From Nanobdellati archaeon (lineage in GTDB: Archaea > Nanobdellota > Nanobdellia > Woesearchaeales > GCA-2686295): 64,000 bases of DNA. This document shows positions 16,959 to 25,271 of the stretch, in pieces. The stretch is from NCBI GenBank assembly GCA_014384375.1, contig JACNFY010000020.1:65222-129221 (forward strand), given 5' to 3'. Numbering within the stretch: position 1 is the stretch's first letter; every line of letters starts with the position of its first letter. The position numbers were made by a program, and so were the translations under genes. Under the pieces are notes generated by a model that saw only the letters and a list, made by a program, of their open reading frames with translations, was not told the origin of the DNA and made no database searches.

Positions 16959-18158
16959 TTAACCTCTAAGCCAAGCAACTTCTTCTTTGTCTAACTCTAG
17001 AAAATCTGATAATTTTTCTGACTCTTTTTTGTTTTTTTTGAATATTTGGTTCATTAAAATCACATCTTCCATGGCCTTCTTAGTGCTTGTATGAGTTCTG
17101 GCAGCGATTTTCTGGGCTATTGCTTTCTTCTTGGCATTCTTCTGGTTGGCCATCCACATCCTTAATATGCGGGTTGTTGGCTTATAACTTGTGAAGCCAG
17201 GATACTTCTCCTCTTTTGAAAGAGCTATACCCACTGACAATAAGTTGTAGCAGTAAACATAGAAGCGGTAATACTGCCATCTTTTTATCCTGCCTTTGAA
17301 GACATCTGCAATCGCAAGGTTTGCGAATCCCTTAGCTAGATCAGGCACTTTGGTGTATTCTCTCGGAAGATTCTCATCTATCCAGAAGAATATCTTGTCA
17401 AGGTCTTCTTCCACTTCATCAAAAGCAGTTATTGCTACATCTGCACTAAGTGTTTTGAAAATCCTGACTAATGAATTTATTATCTTCTCTGTATGATCCC
17501 GACTATAGGCTAACTCTAAGTCCTTCTTTGTCAACTTGCCATTATATGAGAAGCTTTGAAGATCGTTAATAGCAGCTCTCAAATCTCCACCAACAGACCT
17601 TGCCAAAGATGTCAATGATTCTTCATCAGCTTTTATTTTTTCTTTTTGACAAATCTTCTTAAGATATGATAGTATGGATGTATAGGCTAGATTTCTATAC
17701 TCTAACAACTCACACTTTTTCCTTAAGGATGCAAGGTTTTTCTTGTAAGGGTCATTTGCAACAATTATTATTGGATAAACACTCTTTTCAAGAAGTGCGT
17801 TTATAGCTGCAACTCCTCCTCTATCTTCCTTTCCAGATAATCCATCCACTTCATCTATGAGTATAATCTTCTTTTTAGCAAACAATGATCGCTGGTTTAT
17901 TGCAGCTCCTAGAAAGGAATTGATGCTATTAGCGTTTCTCAAGTCAGAAGCATTGAGCTCTATGATTTCATAATTCATCTCATTAGCCAATGCATGAGCA
18001 GAAGAGGTCTTTCCAATACCTTGAGGACCGTATATAAGAAGAGGTTTATTTCCTCTCTTATATTTTTCAACGAATTCCTTCAATTTTCCAAGAGCAGTTG
18101 TTTGACCCTGTACCTCAGAGAGAGTTTTAGGAGCATATTTATTAATCCAGATAGCCAT
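16959..18158 (-). CDS. rfcL: replication factor C large subunit
   Basis: 399 aa. WINKYAPKTLSEVQGQ...LLIYGPQGIGKTS Walker A and DEVD box (ILIDEVDGL). AAA+ clamp-loader layout. Confidence 0.85.
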   Translation of the reverse strand: MAIWINKYAPKTLSEVQGQTTALGKLKEFVEKYKRGNKPLLIYGPQGIGKTSSAHALANEMNYEIIELNASDLRNANSINSFLGAAINQRSLFAKKKIILIDEVDGLSGKEDRGGVAAINALLEKSVYPIIIVANDPYKKNLASLRKKCELLEYRNLAYTSILSYLKKICQKEKIKADEESLTSLARSVGGDLRAAINDLQSFSYNGKLTKKDLELAYSRDHTEKIINSLVRIFKTLSADVAITAFDEVEEDLDKIFFWIDENLPREYTKVPDLAKGFANLAIADVFKGRIKRWQYYRFYVYCYNLLSVGIALSKEEKYPGFTSYKPTTRILRMWMANQKNAKKKAIAQKIAARTHTSTKKAMEDVILMNQIFKKNKKESEKLSDFLELDKEEVAWLRG

Positions 18159-18198
18159 GCTCTGAGAAATAGAAAGAGATTTTTAAAACTTCACTTTA

Positions 18199-18322
18199 TA
18201 CGGTTGCCGGGATGCTCAAAAACTTGTTGTTTTTGGCACGCCAAAAATCTTCGATTTTTGAGCGTTTGAACCCGGGTCGCGAGGTTGGGAACCTCGAATG
18301 CTAGCCACTATACCAAAGCCGT
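18199..18322 (-). tRNA. tRNA-Gly (CCC) with a 52-nt intron in the T-loop; imperfect acceptor stem
   Basis: Anticodon arm CGAGG-TTCCCAA-CCTCG. The T-arm CCGGG-TTCAAA[intron 18213..18264]T-CCCGG. Acceptor ACGGCTT/CAACCGT has two non-Watson-Crick pairs and the D-stem is weak. Confidence 0.6.
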
Positions 18323-18340
18323 TTAATAACTTCAGAAACC

Positions 18341-18355
18341 TTTTTATAATAAAAA
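18341..18355. promoter_or_regulatory. near-palindromic TATA element (TTTTTATAATAAAAA) shared by divergent tRNA-Gly and GTPase gene
   Basis: The centre lies about 25 nt from the tRNA 5' end (18322) on one side and about 23 nt from ATG 18371 on the other. Confidence 0.4.
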
Positions 18356-18370
18356 TCTTTCTCAATCAAT

Positions 18371-19570
18371 ATGTTAGTGGGGGTTGTTGGTAAAGCTAAT
18401 GTTGGTAAGAGTACGTTCTTCAAGGCTCTAACGTTGGCAGATGTTGAGATAGCTAACTATCCATTCGCAACTATCAAGCCCAATCATGGTGTTGGATTTG
18501 TTAGGGTTGAATGTGCTGATAAAGTGTTTAATTTAGAATGCAATCCAAAAGAAGGTTTCTGCGTTAACAACACTCGATTTGTACCTGTAGATGTTATTGA
18601 CGTAGCTGGACTTGTTCCTGGAGCTCATGAAGGTAAGGGGATGGGTAACCAGTTCTTGAATGATTTAAACCAAGCTGATGCCTTGATTCATATAATTGAT
18701 TGCTCAGGAGGAACCAATGAGAAAGGAGAGCTTGTTGATGCCGGTAGTTACGATCCTGCAAACGACGTTAAGTTCTTAGAAGAAGAACTTGATTATTGGT
18801 ATCTAGAAATATTAAAGAAAGGTTGGGAAAAGTTCGCAAAGCAGGTACAGCAGGAGCATAAAGATATTGTAAAAGCACTAGCCAAACAGTTATCTGGTGT
18901 AGGTGTTGATGAAGATATCAGCAAGGATTCAATAGATTCTCTAGGACTAAACAAAGAATCTCCTGCATCTTGGAGCAAAGATGATTTATTCAAGTTAGCT
19001 TCTAAGTTCAGAAAAATAACAAAGCCAATGATTATTGCTGCAAACAAGATCGATGTTCCTGGGGCTTTTGAAAACTATAAAAGATTGAAAAAAGAGTTCC
19101 CAAAACACATAATAGTTCCTTGTAGCTCTGAATCTGAACTCGCTTTGAAAGAAGCTGCAAAGCATAAAATGATTAACTATGTCCCTGGAAGCAACAATTT
19201 CTCAATCACTGCTGAATCTAGTCTTTCCGATAAGCAGAAAGCAGGTCTTGAATTCTTAAAGAACAATGTTTTAAAGAAATTCAATACAACAGGTGTTCAA
19301 GAGGTTCTTGAAAAAGCTGTTTTTGAACTTTTAAAGTATATCACGGTTTACCCTGTCGCTAATAATAAGTTAGAGGATAAAAATAGTAATACTCTTCCAG
19401 ATTGTTATATGGTTCCTGATGGAATTTCTGCTTTAGATTTCGCTTTTAAGATTCATACTGACATTGGAGAAAGCTTTGTTCGAGGTATTGACCTAAAAAC
19501 TAAGATGGTTATTGGGAAAGATCACATTTTAAAGAATGGTGACGTCATAGAAATAGTAACTTCAAAATAA
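18371..19570 (+). CDS. Obg-superfamily GTPase (YchF/Ygr210-like) with C-terminal TGS domain
   Basis: 399 aa. G1 GKANVGKST, G3 DVAGLV, G4 NKID, and C-terminal TGS-like ...GDVIEIVT. Confidence 0.75.
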   Translation: MLVGVVGKANVGKSTFFKALTLADVEIANYPFATIKPNHGVGFVRVECADKVFNLECNPKEGFCVNNTRFVPVDVIDVAGLVPGAHEGKGMGNQFLNDLNQADALIHIIDCSGGTNEKGELVDAGSYDPANDVKFLEEELDYWYLEILKKGWEKFAKQVQQEHKDIVKALAKQLSGVGVDEDISKDSIDSLGLNKESPASWSKDDLFKLASKFRKITKPMIIAANKIDVPGAFENYKRLKKEFPKHIIVPCSSESELALKEAAKHKMINYVPGSNNFSITAESSLSDKQKAGLEFLKNNVLKKFNTTGVQEVLEKAVFELLKYITVYPVANNKLEDKNSNTLPDCYMVPDGISALDFAFKIHTDIGESFVRGIDLKTKMVIGKDHILKNGDVIEIVTSK

Positions 19571-19573
19571 AAT

Positions 19574-20188
19574 TTATTTTTTCTCTTTTTCCTTTATCAA
19601 GCCGTACTTCATTAGAATGGTCTTGTATTTTTCAAAGTCTTCTGAGTCTTTAAATTCTTTTTTATGCTTTGCAGGTAACTTATCAACCCAAGTATGAGCA
19701 ATTTTCAGCACATCCTTTATATCTTCATCCATTTGGGTTATCTGCATTGCTTCTTCTTCGTCAAAACCTTCCACATATTCATCTTCATGCTGGGCTTTGA
19801 AAATATTTATCTTCTGCATCAATCTTGTTAACAAGTTTCCTTTTCTATCCTCTACTTCCTCTTCCATTGCTTCAAGTTCTGATTCTTCTTGTTCAAGAGC
19901 CTCTATTTCTCCTTCTAATTCTTCCAAGTTTTCTTTTTCTTCTTCTGTCAGTTCTTCCTCTAATTCTCTAAGCTTGTATCTTCTCCTCCACCTAATAATC
20001 TTCCTAAACAATGAAGGTTCCTCATACTCTACGTGGACTTGATTCTCTTGTAATTCCGGAACCTCTTCCTCCATAAGCCCTCTTAAGAACTTGACTCTGC
20101 TTGCAATAGGCACTGACTTTTTCTTCCTAATACTCTCTAGATAACGACCCATATCCTTATTAAAATCTTTTTGATCGATAGTAACCAC
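19574..20188 (-). CDS. acidic Glu-rich coiled-coil protein, unknown function
   Basis: 204 aa with a long EEELTEEEKENLEELEGEIEALEQEESELEAMEEE segment. No recognisable domain. Confidence 0.4.
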   Translation of the reverse strand: MVTIDQKDFNKDMGRYLESIRKKKSVPIASRVKFLRGLMEEEVPELQENQVHVEYEEPSLFRKIIRWRRRYKLRELEEELTEEEKENLEELEGEIEALEQEESELEAMEEEVEDRKGNLLTRLMQKINIFKAQHEDEYVEGFDEEEAMQITQMDEDIKDVLKIAHTWVDKLPAKHKKEFKDSEDFEKYKTILMKYGLIKEKEKK

Positions 20189-20282
20189 CCTGTAAAAGTT
20201 ATTTATATATCTTTATGAACTTATAATATATAAATTTTTTTATTGAAAGATGAAAAACAGATATGAACATAAAAAAACAAAG

Positions 20283-20401
20283 TGGGGACGCCCGGATTCG
20301 AACCGGGATCTGCTGGTTTGGCCTGTTGTTAGTCATCGCCGAAGCTCATCGCTCCACAACATCTGGAGCCAGCCATTCTAGCCAGGTTATACTACGCCCC
20401 C
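20283..20401 (-). tRNA. tRNA-Trp (CCA) with a 45-nt intron at the canonical 37/38 position
   Basis: Acceptor GGGGGCG/CGTCCCC (one G-U), anticodon stem GCTGG/CCAGC, loop CTCCAG[intron 20318..20362]A, T-arm CCCGG-TTCGAAT-CCGGG. Confidence 0.8.
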
Positions 20402-20429
20402 AGATTAGTAATATCAGAAAAAGGTTTGA

Positions 20430-20437
20430 TATTTAAA
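20430..20437 (-). promoter_or_regulatory. TATA box (TTTAAATA) for tRNA-Trp
   Basis: Lies 29-36 nt upstream of the mature tRNA 5' end, adjacent to the stop of the upstream surface-protein gene. Confidence 0.45.
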
Positions 20438-20440
20438 GTT

Positions 20441-22729
20441 TTATCTTCTTTTCTTTCTTTTAGTGCTCTTCTTATCCTTCCTCTTAAGAAGAGCTAATTT
20501 TCTTCTCATCTTCTTAAAGCCAACAATAGACAGAAAAAAGAATGCTACAAGTAATATAATCCAGTTTACATACCAGCACAACTTTTCATAAGCTCCGAAT
20601 AAACTGTACTTATCTCTTTTCACTACTTCAAGAGTTATCTCTGGGCTCTCTGCAGAAGCTCCTTTACTATCAGTGGCAACTATAACAACCTCTTCAGTTC
20701 CATACCACCCCTCATTTGGTGTGAAAACTATCTTCCCGTTTTCCATTGCCATATCTATGTTCTCTGGTTCTTCTAAAAATGAAAGCAATAATTCATCCTC
20801 AACATCAGGATCTGAGACAAATGAGCTTAGATCAAGCTCATACTTTTTATCCTGAGACCAGATGTAATGAGTAGCACTAGCTTCTGAGTAGTCTATTGGC
20901 TCATAGAGTCTTGGAACTCCCTTATAATTGTATATTAACCCTGCAAAAATAACTAATAAAGCTATTAATATTATGATTGATGTGAAGAAGGGCTTGGTCC
21001 TTAATTTCCATCGTAATTTTTTTAGAGAAATTGCGAGTAAGAAGAGAATTATTGCTGCTATTACTAATATTAGTGTTGCTGCTTGGCATGGTCTTTGTGC
21101 AAAGTATTGGTATGTTTTTACATAGATTGGTTTGTCTTGAAGAGAAACTACTAGTTCATGCATGTATTCTATATCTCCAAGCTTTACTGTTAGGTTAACT
21201 GGATAATCTCCGAACTCTGTCTCCTGTGTGTGCTCAGATAATAGTGTTAATGTCTTAGTCTCTCCTGGTTGCAAGGTTACTGCGCTTTGGTTGATTGTTA
21301 TCCAGAATTCCGGTCTTAAGTTGAGAGTGTACTTTTCCTCTGTTCTTCCAACATTGGTCAATTTTATTGTTGTGCTGTTCTCAGTATCTCTTCTGATTGA
21401 GTACTTTGTTTTACTAACTTTTACATAATGGCAGGTTCCTTGTGAGATTACTTTTACTTTTGTGCTGTCTGTTACTGTTATATTATTTCTAACAAGAGAT
21501 GCTTCTACATTCAAATCATATTCTGCATCCACATCCTCAGGATTCATTGTAAGTGTCACATTTTTTTCTTCACCAAAATCTAAGGTTACTCTTTTGGTAT
21601 CAAATTCTGCCCAATCAGGCAATGTCTCTAACTTTATGCTTTCTCTCTCCTCTCCATTGTTTTTCACATTTACAACCAATTGTTTTTCTTCAGTACAGAA
21701 CTCCGGATTTTTTTCTAATATATCTATCTCTAAATCATAGCAGTTTGTGATGTTCACAGAAATATTCTTTTCTTGAAATATATCTCCGTATGCTGTTTGA
21801 GATTTTAGTGTAAAATCGTAGAATCCTAGATTCATTCCTTCTTTCAGGCCGAGTATTATATCTACCTCTGCTTCTTCTTTTCCTTCTAAGCTAACATTTT
21901 GAGAGCTTAATTTGATGAATGAAGGTACTCCAACTAATTCTAGATAGTAAATATTAGGCGTCTCTACATCGTTCTCTATTTCCACTTTTATTGGTTCTGC
22001 TTCTTCTTCGCAAACCTTGTTTTCTTCTTCAACTTTTAAAGTGTAAGCATAATATTGGTTTATTAGCAGGTCATGTTGTAATCTTGAGTGAAGTTTATTC
22101 TTCTCAGCTTGTACATAGAAAACTATGGGAGTCTCTCCATAAATATTGCAAGGAAGCATCAGTGTAGCATTAATCTTTCTTATATCCCCAGATGCTATTT
22201 CTATCTCCCTATTTGAGAAGTCTATATACTCATCAAACTCCGAACTAACAAAGTATTTCTCTGTGAATGGACCGATATTCTTTATCAGTAACCTGTAATC
22301 CAAAGGCTCACAAGGATTTATCTCATTAGCTTCTGTATAAAGATTAGTTCTGAGATTCTGGCATTGACCAGCCACTATCTGCTTGACAAGACTCTCGCTA
22401 TCTCCCTTATCACTCTTTATTTTTATTTTCAGATTTTTTTTCAGTGTTTTACAAGGAGCCTTAACTGTTATCTGAATATTTTGGATATCTCCTGGTGAAA
22501 GTTCGAACTCATGCGGGTTTATTTCTACAAAGTCAAGATTTGATGATAAGCTATAAATCGTAGATTGTGTTCCTGTGTTCTTTATCTTTATAAGGTCATC
22601 TAATTCTGAGCATCTACAAAGTTTTAGAAGTTTTTTTTCTGAGTAAACACCAAACTCAGCACTTGCAAAGTTTACTAGATACAGAAATGTTATAAGAAGG
22701 ATTACTAACCTCAATATTTTTAGATTCAT
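20441..22729 (-). CDS. large surface/membrane protein with repeated beta-sandwich (CARDB/NEW3-like) domains
   Basis: 762 aa. Signal peptide, an ectodomain of about 520 aa with repetitive layout, two TM helices, a second ectodomain of about 110 aa, a third TM helix and a strongly basic tail (KKMRRKLALLKRKDKKSTKRKKRR). Confidence 0.6.
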   Translation of the reverse strand: MNLKILRLVILLITFLYLVNFASAEFGVYSEKKLLKLCRCSELDDLIKIKNTGTQSTIYSLSSNLDFVEINPHEFELSPGDIQNIQITVKAPCKTLKKNLKIKIKSDKGDSESLVKQIVAGQCQNLRTNLYTEANEINPCEPLDYRLLIKNIGPFTEKYFVSSEFDEYIDFSNREIEIASGDIRKINATLMLPCNIYGETPIVFYVQAEKNKLHSRLQHDLLINQYYAYTLKVEEENKVCEEEAEPIKVEIENDVETPNIYYLELVGVPSFIKLSSQNVSLEGKEEAEVDIILGLKEGMNLGFYDFTLKSQTAYGDIFQEKNISVNITNCYDLEIDILEKNPEFCTEEKQLVVNVKNNGEERESIKLETLPDWAEFDTKRVTLDFGEEKNVTLTMNPEDVDAEYDLNVEASLVRNNITVTDSTKVKVISQGTCHYVKVSKTKYSIRRDTENSTTIKLTNVGRTEEKYTLNLRPEFWITINQSAVTLQPGETKTLTLLSEHTQETEFGDYPVNLTVKLGDIEYMHELVVSLQDKPIYVKTYQYFAQRPCQAATLILVIAAIILFLLAISLKKLRWKLRTKPFFTSIIILIALLVIFAGLIYNYKGVPRLYEPIDYSEASATHYIWSQDKKYELDLSSFVSDPDVEDELLLSFLEEPENIDMAMENGKIVFTPNEGWYGTEEVVIVATDSKGASAESPEITLEVVKRDKYSLFGAYEKLCWYVNWIILLVAFFFLSIVGFKKMRRKLALLKRKDKKSTKRKKRR

Positions 22730-22762
22730 TGTGCATTCTTTAAAAAAAAAAGTAAAAAAAAA

Positions 22763-24019
22763 TTAGTAGTAGGTTTGTGCTCCTTCCTCGTCTTGACCTC
22801 TTAGCTTGTTGAATCCTATTATCAAGCCAATGATTATTAGGATTATTACAAGCACGACCAATGCGACTTCTAGTCCTCTCTTCAAACCTGCTGCTCCTTC
22901 TCCAGCTACTACATTAGCTGTCAAAGGTATTGCTTCTGAGTCATCTTCTGATGTTACTGTGGCCATAAACACTTTTTCTCCTGCTGCATCCTCATCTGCT
23001 TCTACATATAGGTAGACTGTCTTAGTGTCTCCTGCTGGTACAACTACCACTGAAGAAGGTGATAATCTGCTTGTTCCCCAGGTCTCGACTCCACTCACTG
23101 TTATTGTAAATGTTCTTGCTGAAGTTCCCTGGTTTTCTATCATTATGGGGAAGGCTACTTCTGATCCTGCAGAGACTTCTTGTGTTTCTGGAACTGTCAC
23201 AACTGTTTTTCCTTCAGCTGCTTGTACAACACATGAATCACCTGAGAGCACCGTTATTTGAGCTGTTTCTATTGCTGATTCATACTCATCAAACTCGACT
23301 TCTATCTCCACATCGTAGACTCCTGGACTTGCACAATCTGGAATTCTTAGCAAAAATTCCTCAAGTGTTTCTTTTTCATCAGCTTCCAACTCATCTAGGT
23401 ATTCTGAGTCTCTGACATTTAATTCTGGAATTGATACTGTAACTTTAACATCATCTAAGTCATCATCTCCAATGTTTTGGACTCTTACCATTGCAGTGAA
23501 TGCTCTTCCTGCAGCGATTGTGGATGATGGGCTGAATGAGTAGTCCTTCACTATAACTGCATCCTCTTCATCTACACCAACAACGTGCAACTGGTATACA
23601 TTCTCATATGAAAGTCCGTCTTCATCTCCGACCCTGATTCTTAGCAAAGTATATTTCTTGTCCATCCTCACAGGAACTTCTAGTTCTAATTCAATAGTAT
23701 CAACATCTCCTGTTGACATATCAAATATCCTTGATGTTGCAGAAACAAGATCTTCTTCTTTGTGAGAATATCTATATCCATAGATATCTGCTTCCACTTG
23801 CACATTAGCGACATCAGCTAATGCTTTAACCCTAACCTTTATGTCAAGGTCTTCTCCTCTCTCAACCTGTAAATTGGTTGTATGGTTTCCGATATCTAAT
23901 GTTTGATCAAACTCTTCACCATTTATCTTAATGTACAAAATTTCGAGACTTTGTGCGCTAACAAAGCTTACTGCTAATAAAGCAAGTGCCATTAGAACAA
24001 CCACCTTAGCAATATTCAT
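22763..24019 (-). CDS. acidic secreted, C-terminally anchored surface protein (S-layer candidate)
   Basis: 418 aa. Signal peptide (LALLAVSFVSAQS), D/E-rich beta-sandwich-like repeats and a C-terminal TM anchor (ALVVLVIILIIIGLIIGF). Visibly GC-richer than its surroundings. Strong SD. Confidence 0.6.
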   Translation of the reverse strand: MNIAKVVVLMALALLAVSFVSAQSLEILYIKINGEEFDQTLDIGNHTTNLQVERGEDLDIKVRVKALADVANVQVEADIYGYRYSHKEEDLVSATSRIFDMSTGDVDTIELELEVPVRMDKKYTLLRIRVGDEDGLSYENVYQLHVVGVDEEDAVIVKDYSFSPSSTIAAGRAFTAMVRVQNIGDDDLDDVKVTVSIPELNVRDSEYLDELEADEKETLEEFLLRIPDCASPGVYDVEIEVEFDEYESAIETAQITVLSGDSCVVQAAEGKTVVTVPETQEVSAGSEVAFPIMIENQGTSARTFTITVSGVETWGTSRLSPSSVVVVPAGDTKTVYLYVEADEDAAGEKVFMATVTSEDDSEAIPLTANVVAGEGAAGLKRGLEVALVVLVIILIIIGLIIGFNKLRGQDEEGAQTYY

Positions 24020-24098
24020 TTTTTATACCCCCTTAAATTCGTTTTTTAATCCAGAAATCGTTCCGACGAATTCCTGATGGAGTATAAAATCTAAGCTA

Positions 24099-24108
24099 AT
24101 ATATAAAG
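24099..24108 (-). promoter_or_regulatory. TATA box (CTTTATATAT) with ~58-nt leader and GGGGGT Shine-Dalgarno (24027..24033) for the S-layer candidate
   Basis: The TATA lies about 85 nt upstream of ATG 24019, and AAGGGGGT lies 8 nt upstream of the ATG. Long leader plus strong SD contrasts with the leaderless pattern elsewhere. Confidence 0.4.
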
Positions 24109-24212
24109 CTTTCGATTACTTATTCATTAAAGAGTAAAAACTTTTTGTCTCTATTTAAAAGTTAATTTTTATTTCACCAATATTTAAAAACATAATATTA
24201 ATCCTTAAAAAG

Positions 24213-25271
24213 ATGATAACAATAATCGGTGGCGGTCCAATAGGAGGATATTCTGCAGCTCTGTTATCAAAACATAACGATGTAACTATATACGAAGAAA
24301 AGAAAGAAGTAGGATTACCAATACAATGCACAGGCATCTTAAGTGATACAATAAACAAAATAATCCCTATAAAAAAAGATTTTGTAGCCAATAAGATTTA
24401 CTCTGCAAGGATATACGCACCAAACAAAAGATTCATTGAGATAAACCTTAAGAAGCCAAACATAATAATATATAGAAACAAATTCGATCAACACCTCTGT
24501 GATAAAGCAACAAAAAATGGTGCCAAGATATTCTACAGCCACAGATTCATTAAAAAAAATGAAGTTCTTGATATGAACACAAGAAAAAAGAAGAGAATAA
24601 ACCATGACGCGATAATAGGAGCTGACGGTCCTCTAAGCAAGGTATCCCAAGTTTACGGATTAGGAAAAAGAAAATACCTTAAAGGAGTACAAGCTCTGAT
24701 AAAGAAAAAGAACGACAACACAGTGGACTTCTATCCATACATAGGAACATATGCATGGGCGGTGCCTGAATCACAGGATGTGCTAAGAGTAGGTGTTGCT
24801 GCTGAAAAAAACACTATGAAGACATTCAAAGACTTCTCAAAAATGTACAAAGGAAAAGTCTTAGGATGGCAAGGAGGACTAATACCTATACATAACCCAA
24901 GATTACAAACATCAAAGAAAAATATTTATCTAATTGGAGACGCAGCTGCCCAAATAAAAAACACAACAGGCGGAGGACTAATACCAGGACTAATGGCTGT
25001 AGAAGAACTAAGAGAATCTATTGATGAACACAAAGACTATGAAAAACTTTGGAGGAAGAGAATCGGGAAAAACCTTTGGACTCATTATGTTGTCAGAAAA
25101 ATGATGAACAAATTCAACGAAAAAGACTGGAACAAACTAGTAAGTATTTTCAACAAAAAATCAATGAAAAACATCTTAGCAAAAGAAAGCCGAGATGAAC
25201 CAATAAAAATCCTGACAAAAGTTTTATTGAGAAATTCGTCTATCCTAATGTTTCTAAAAAAACTATTCTAA
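24213..25271 (+). CDS. geranylgeranyl reductase-family FAD-dependent oxidoreductase
   Basis: 352 aa. N-terminal IIGGGPIGG dinucleotide motif and LIGDAAAQIKNTTGGGL, typical of GGR-family enzymes. Confidence 0.75.
   Translation: MITIIGGGPIGGYSAALLSKHNDVTIYEEKKEVGLPIQCTGILSDTINKIIPIKKDFVANKIYSARIYAPNKRFIEINLKKPNIIIYRNKFDQHLCDKATKNGAKIFYSHRFIKKNEVLDMNTRKKKRINHDAIIGADGPLSKVSQVYGLGKRKYLKGVQALIKKKNDNTVDFYPYIGTYAWAVPESQDVLRVGVAAEKNTMKTFKDFSKMYKGKVLGWQGGLIPIHNPRLQTSKKNIYLIGDAAAQIKNTTGGGLIPGLMAVEELRESIDEHKDYEKLWRKRIGKNLWTHYVVRKMMNKFNEKDWNKLVSIFNKKSMKNILAKESRDEPIKILTKVLLRNSSILMFLKKLF

Noticed and set aside
18199-18322. Split or permuted tRNA as an explanation for the mismatched tRNA-Gly acceptor stem.
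   Set aside because: Both halves are contiguous in normal order. No alternative strand complementary to ACGGCTT (AAGCCGT) is present in the flanking 100 nt. A degenerating or mismatch-tolerant stem is simpler.
19797-20042. A GAA/GAG-rich stretch in ORF 19574..20188, considered as a possible tandem-repeat element.
   Set aside because: It is in-frame low-complexity poly-Glu coding sequence without a fixed repeat unit, so it is not a structural DNA repeat.
20318-20362. A full box C/D sRNA inside the tRNA-Trp intron.
   Set aside because: There is no D box (CUGA), and 45 nt is too short for a complete C/D/C'/D' guide. Only the duplicated GAUGA motif is reported, as an observation.
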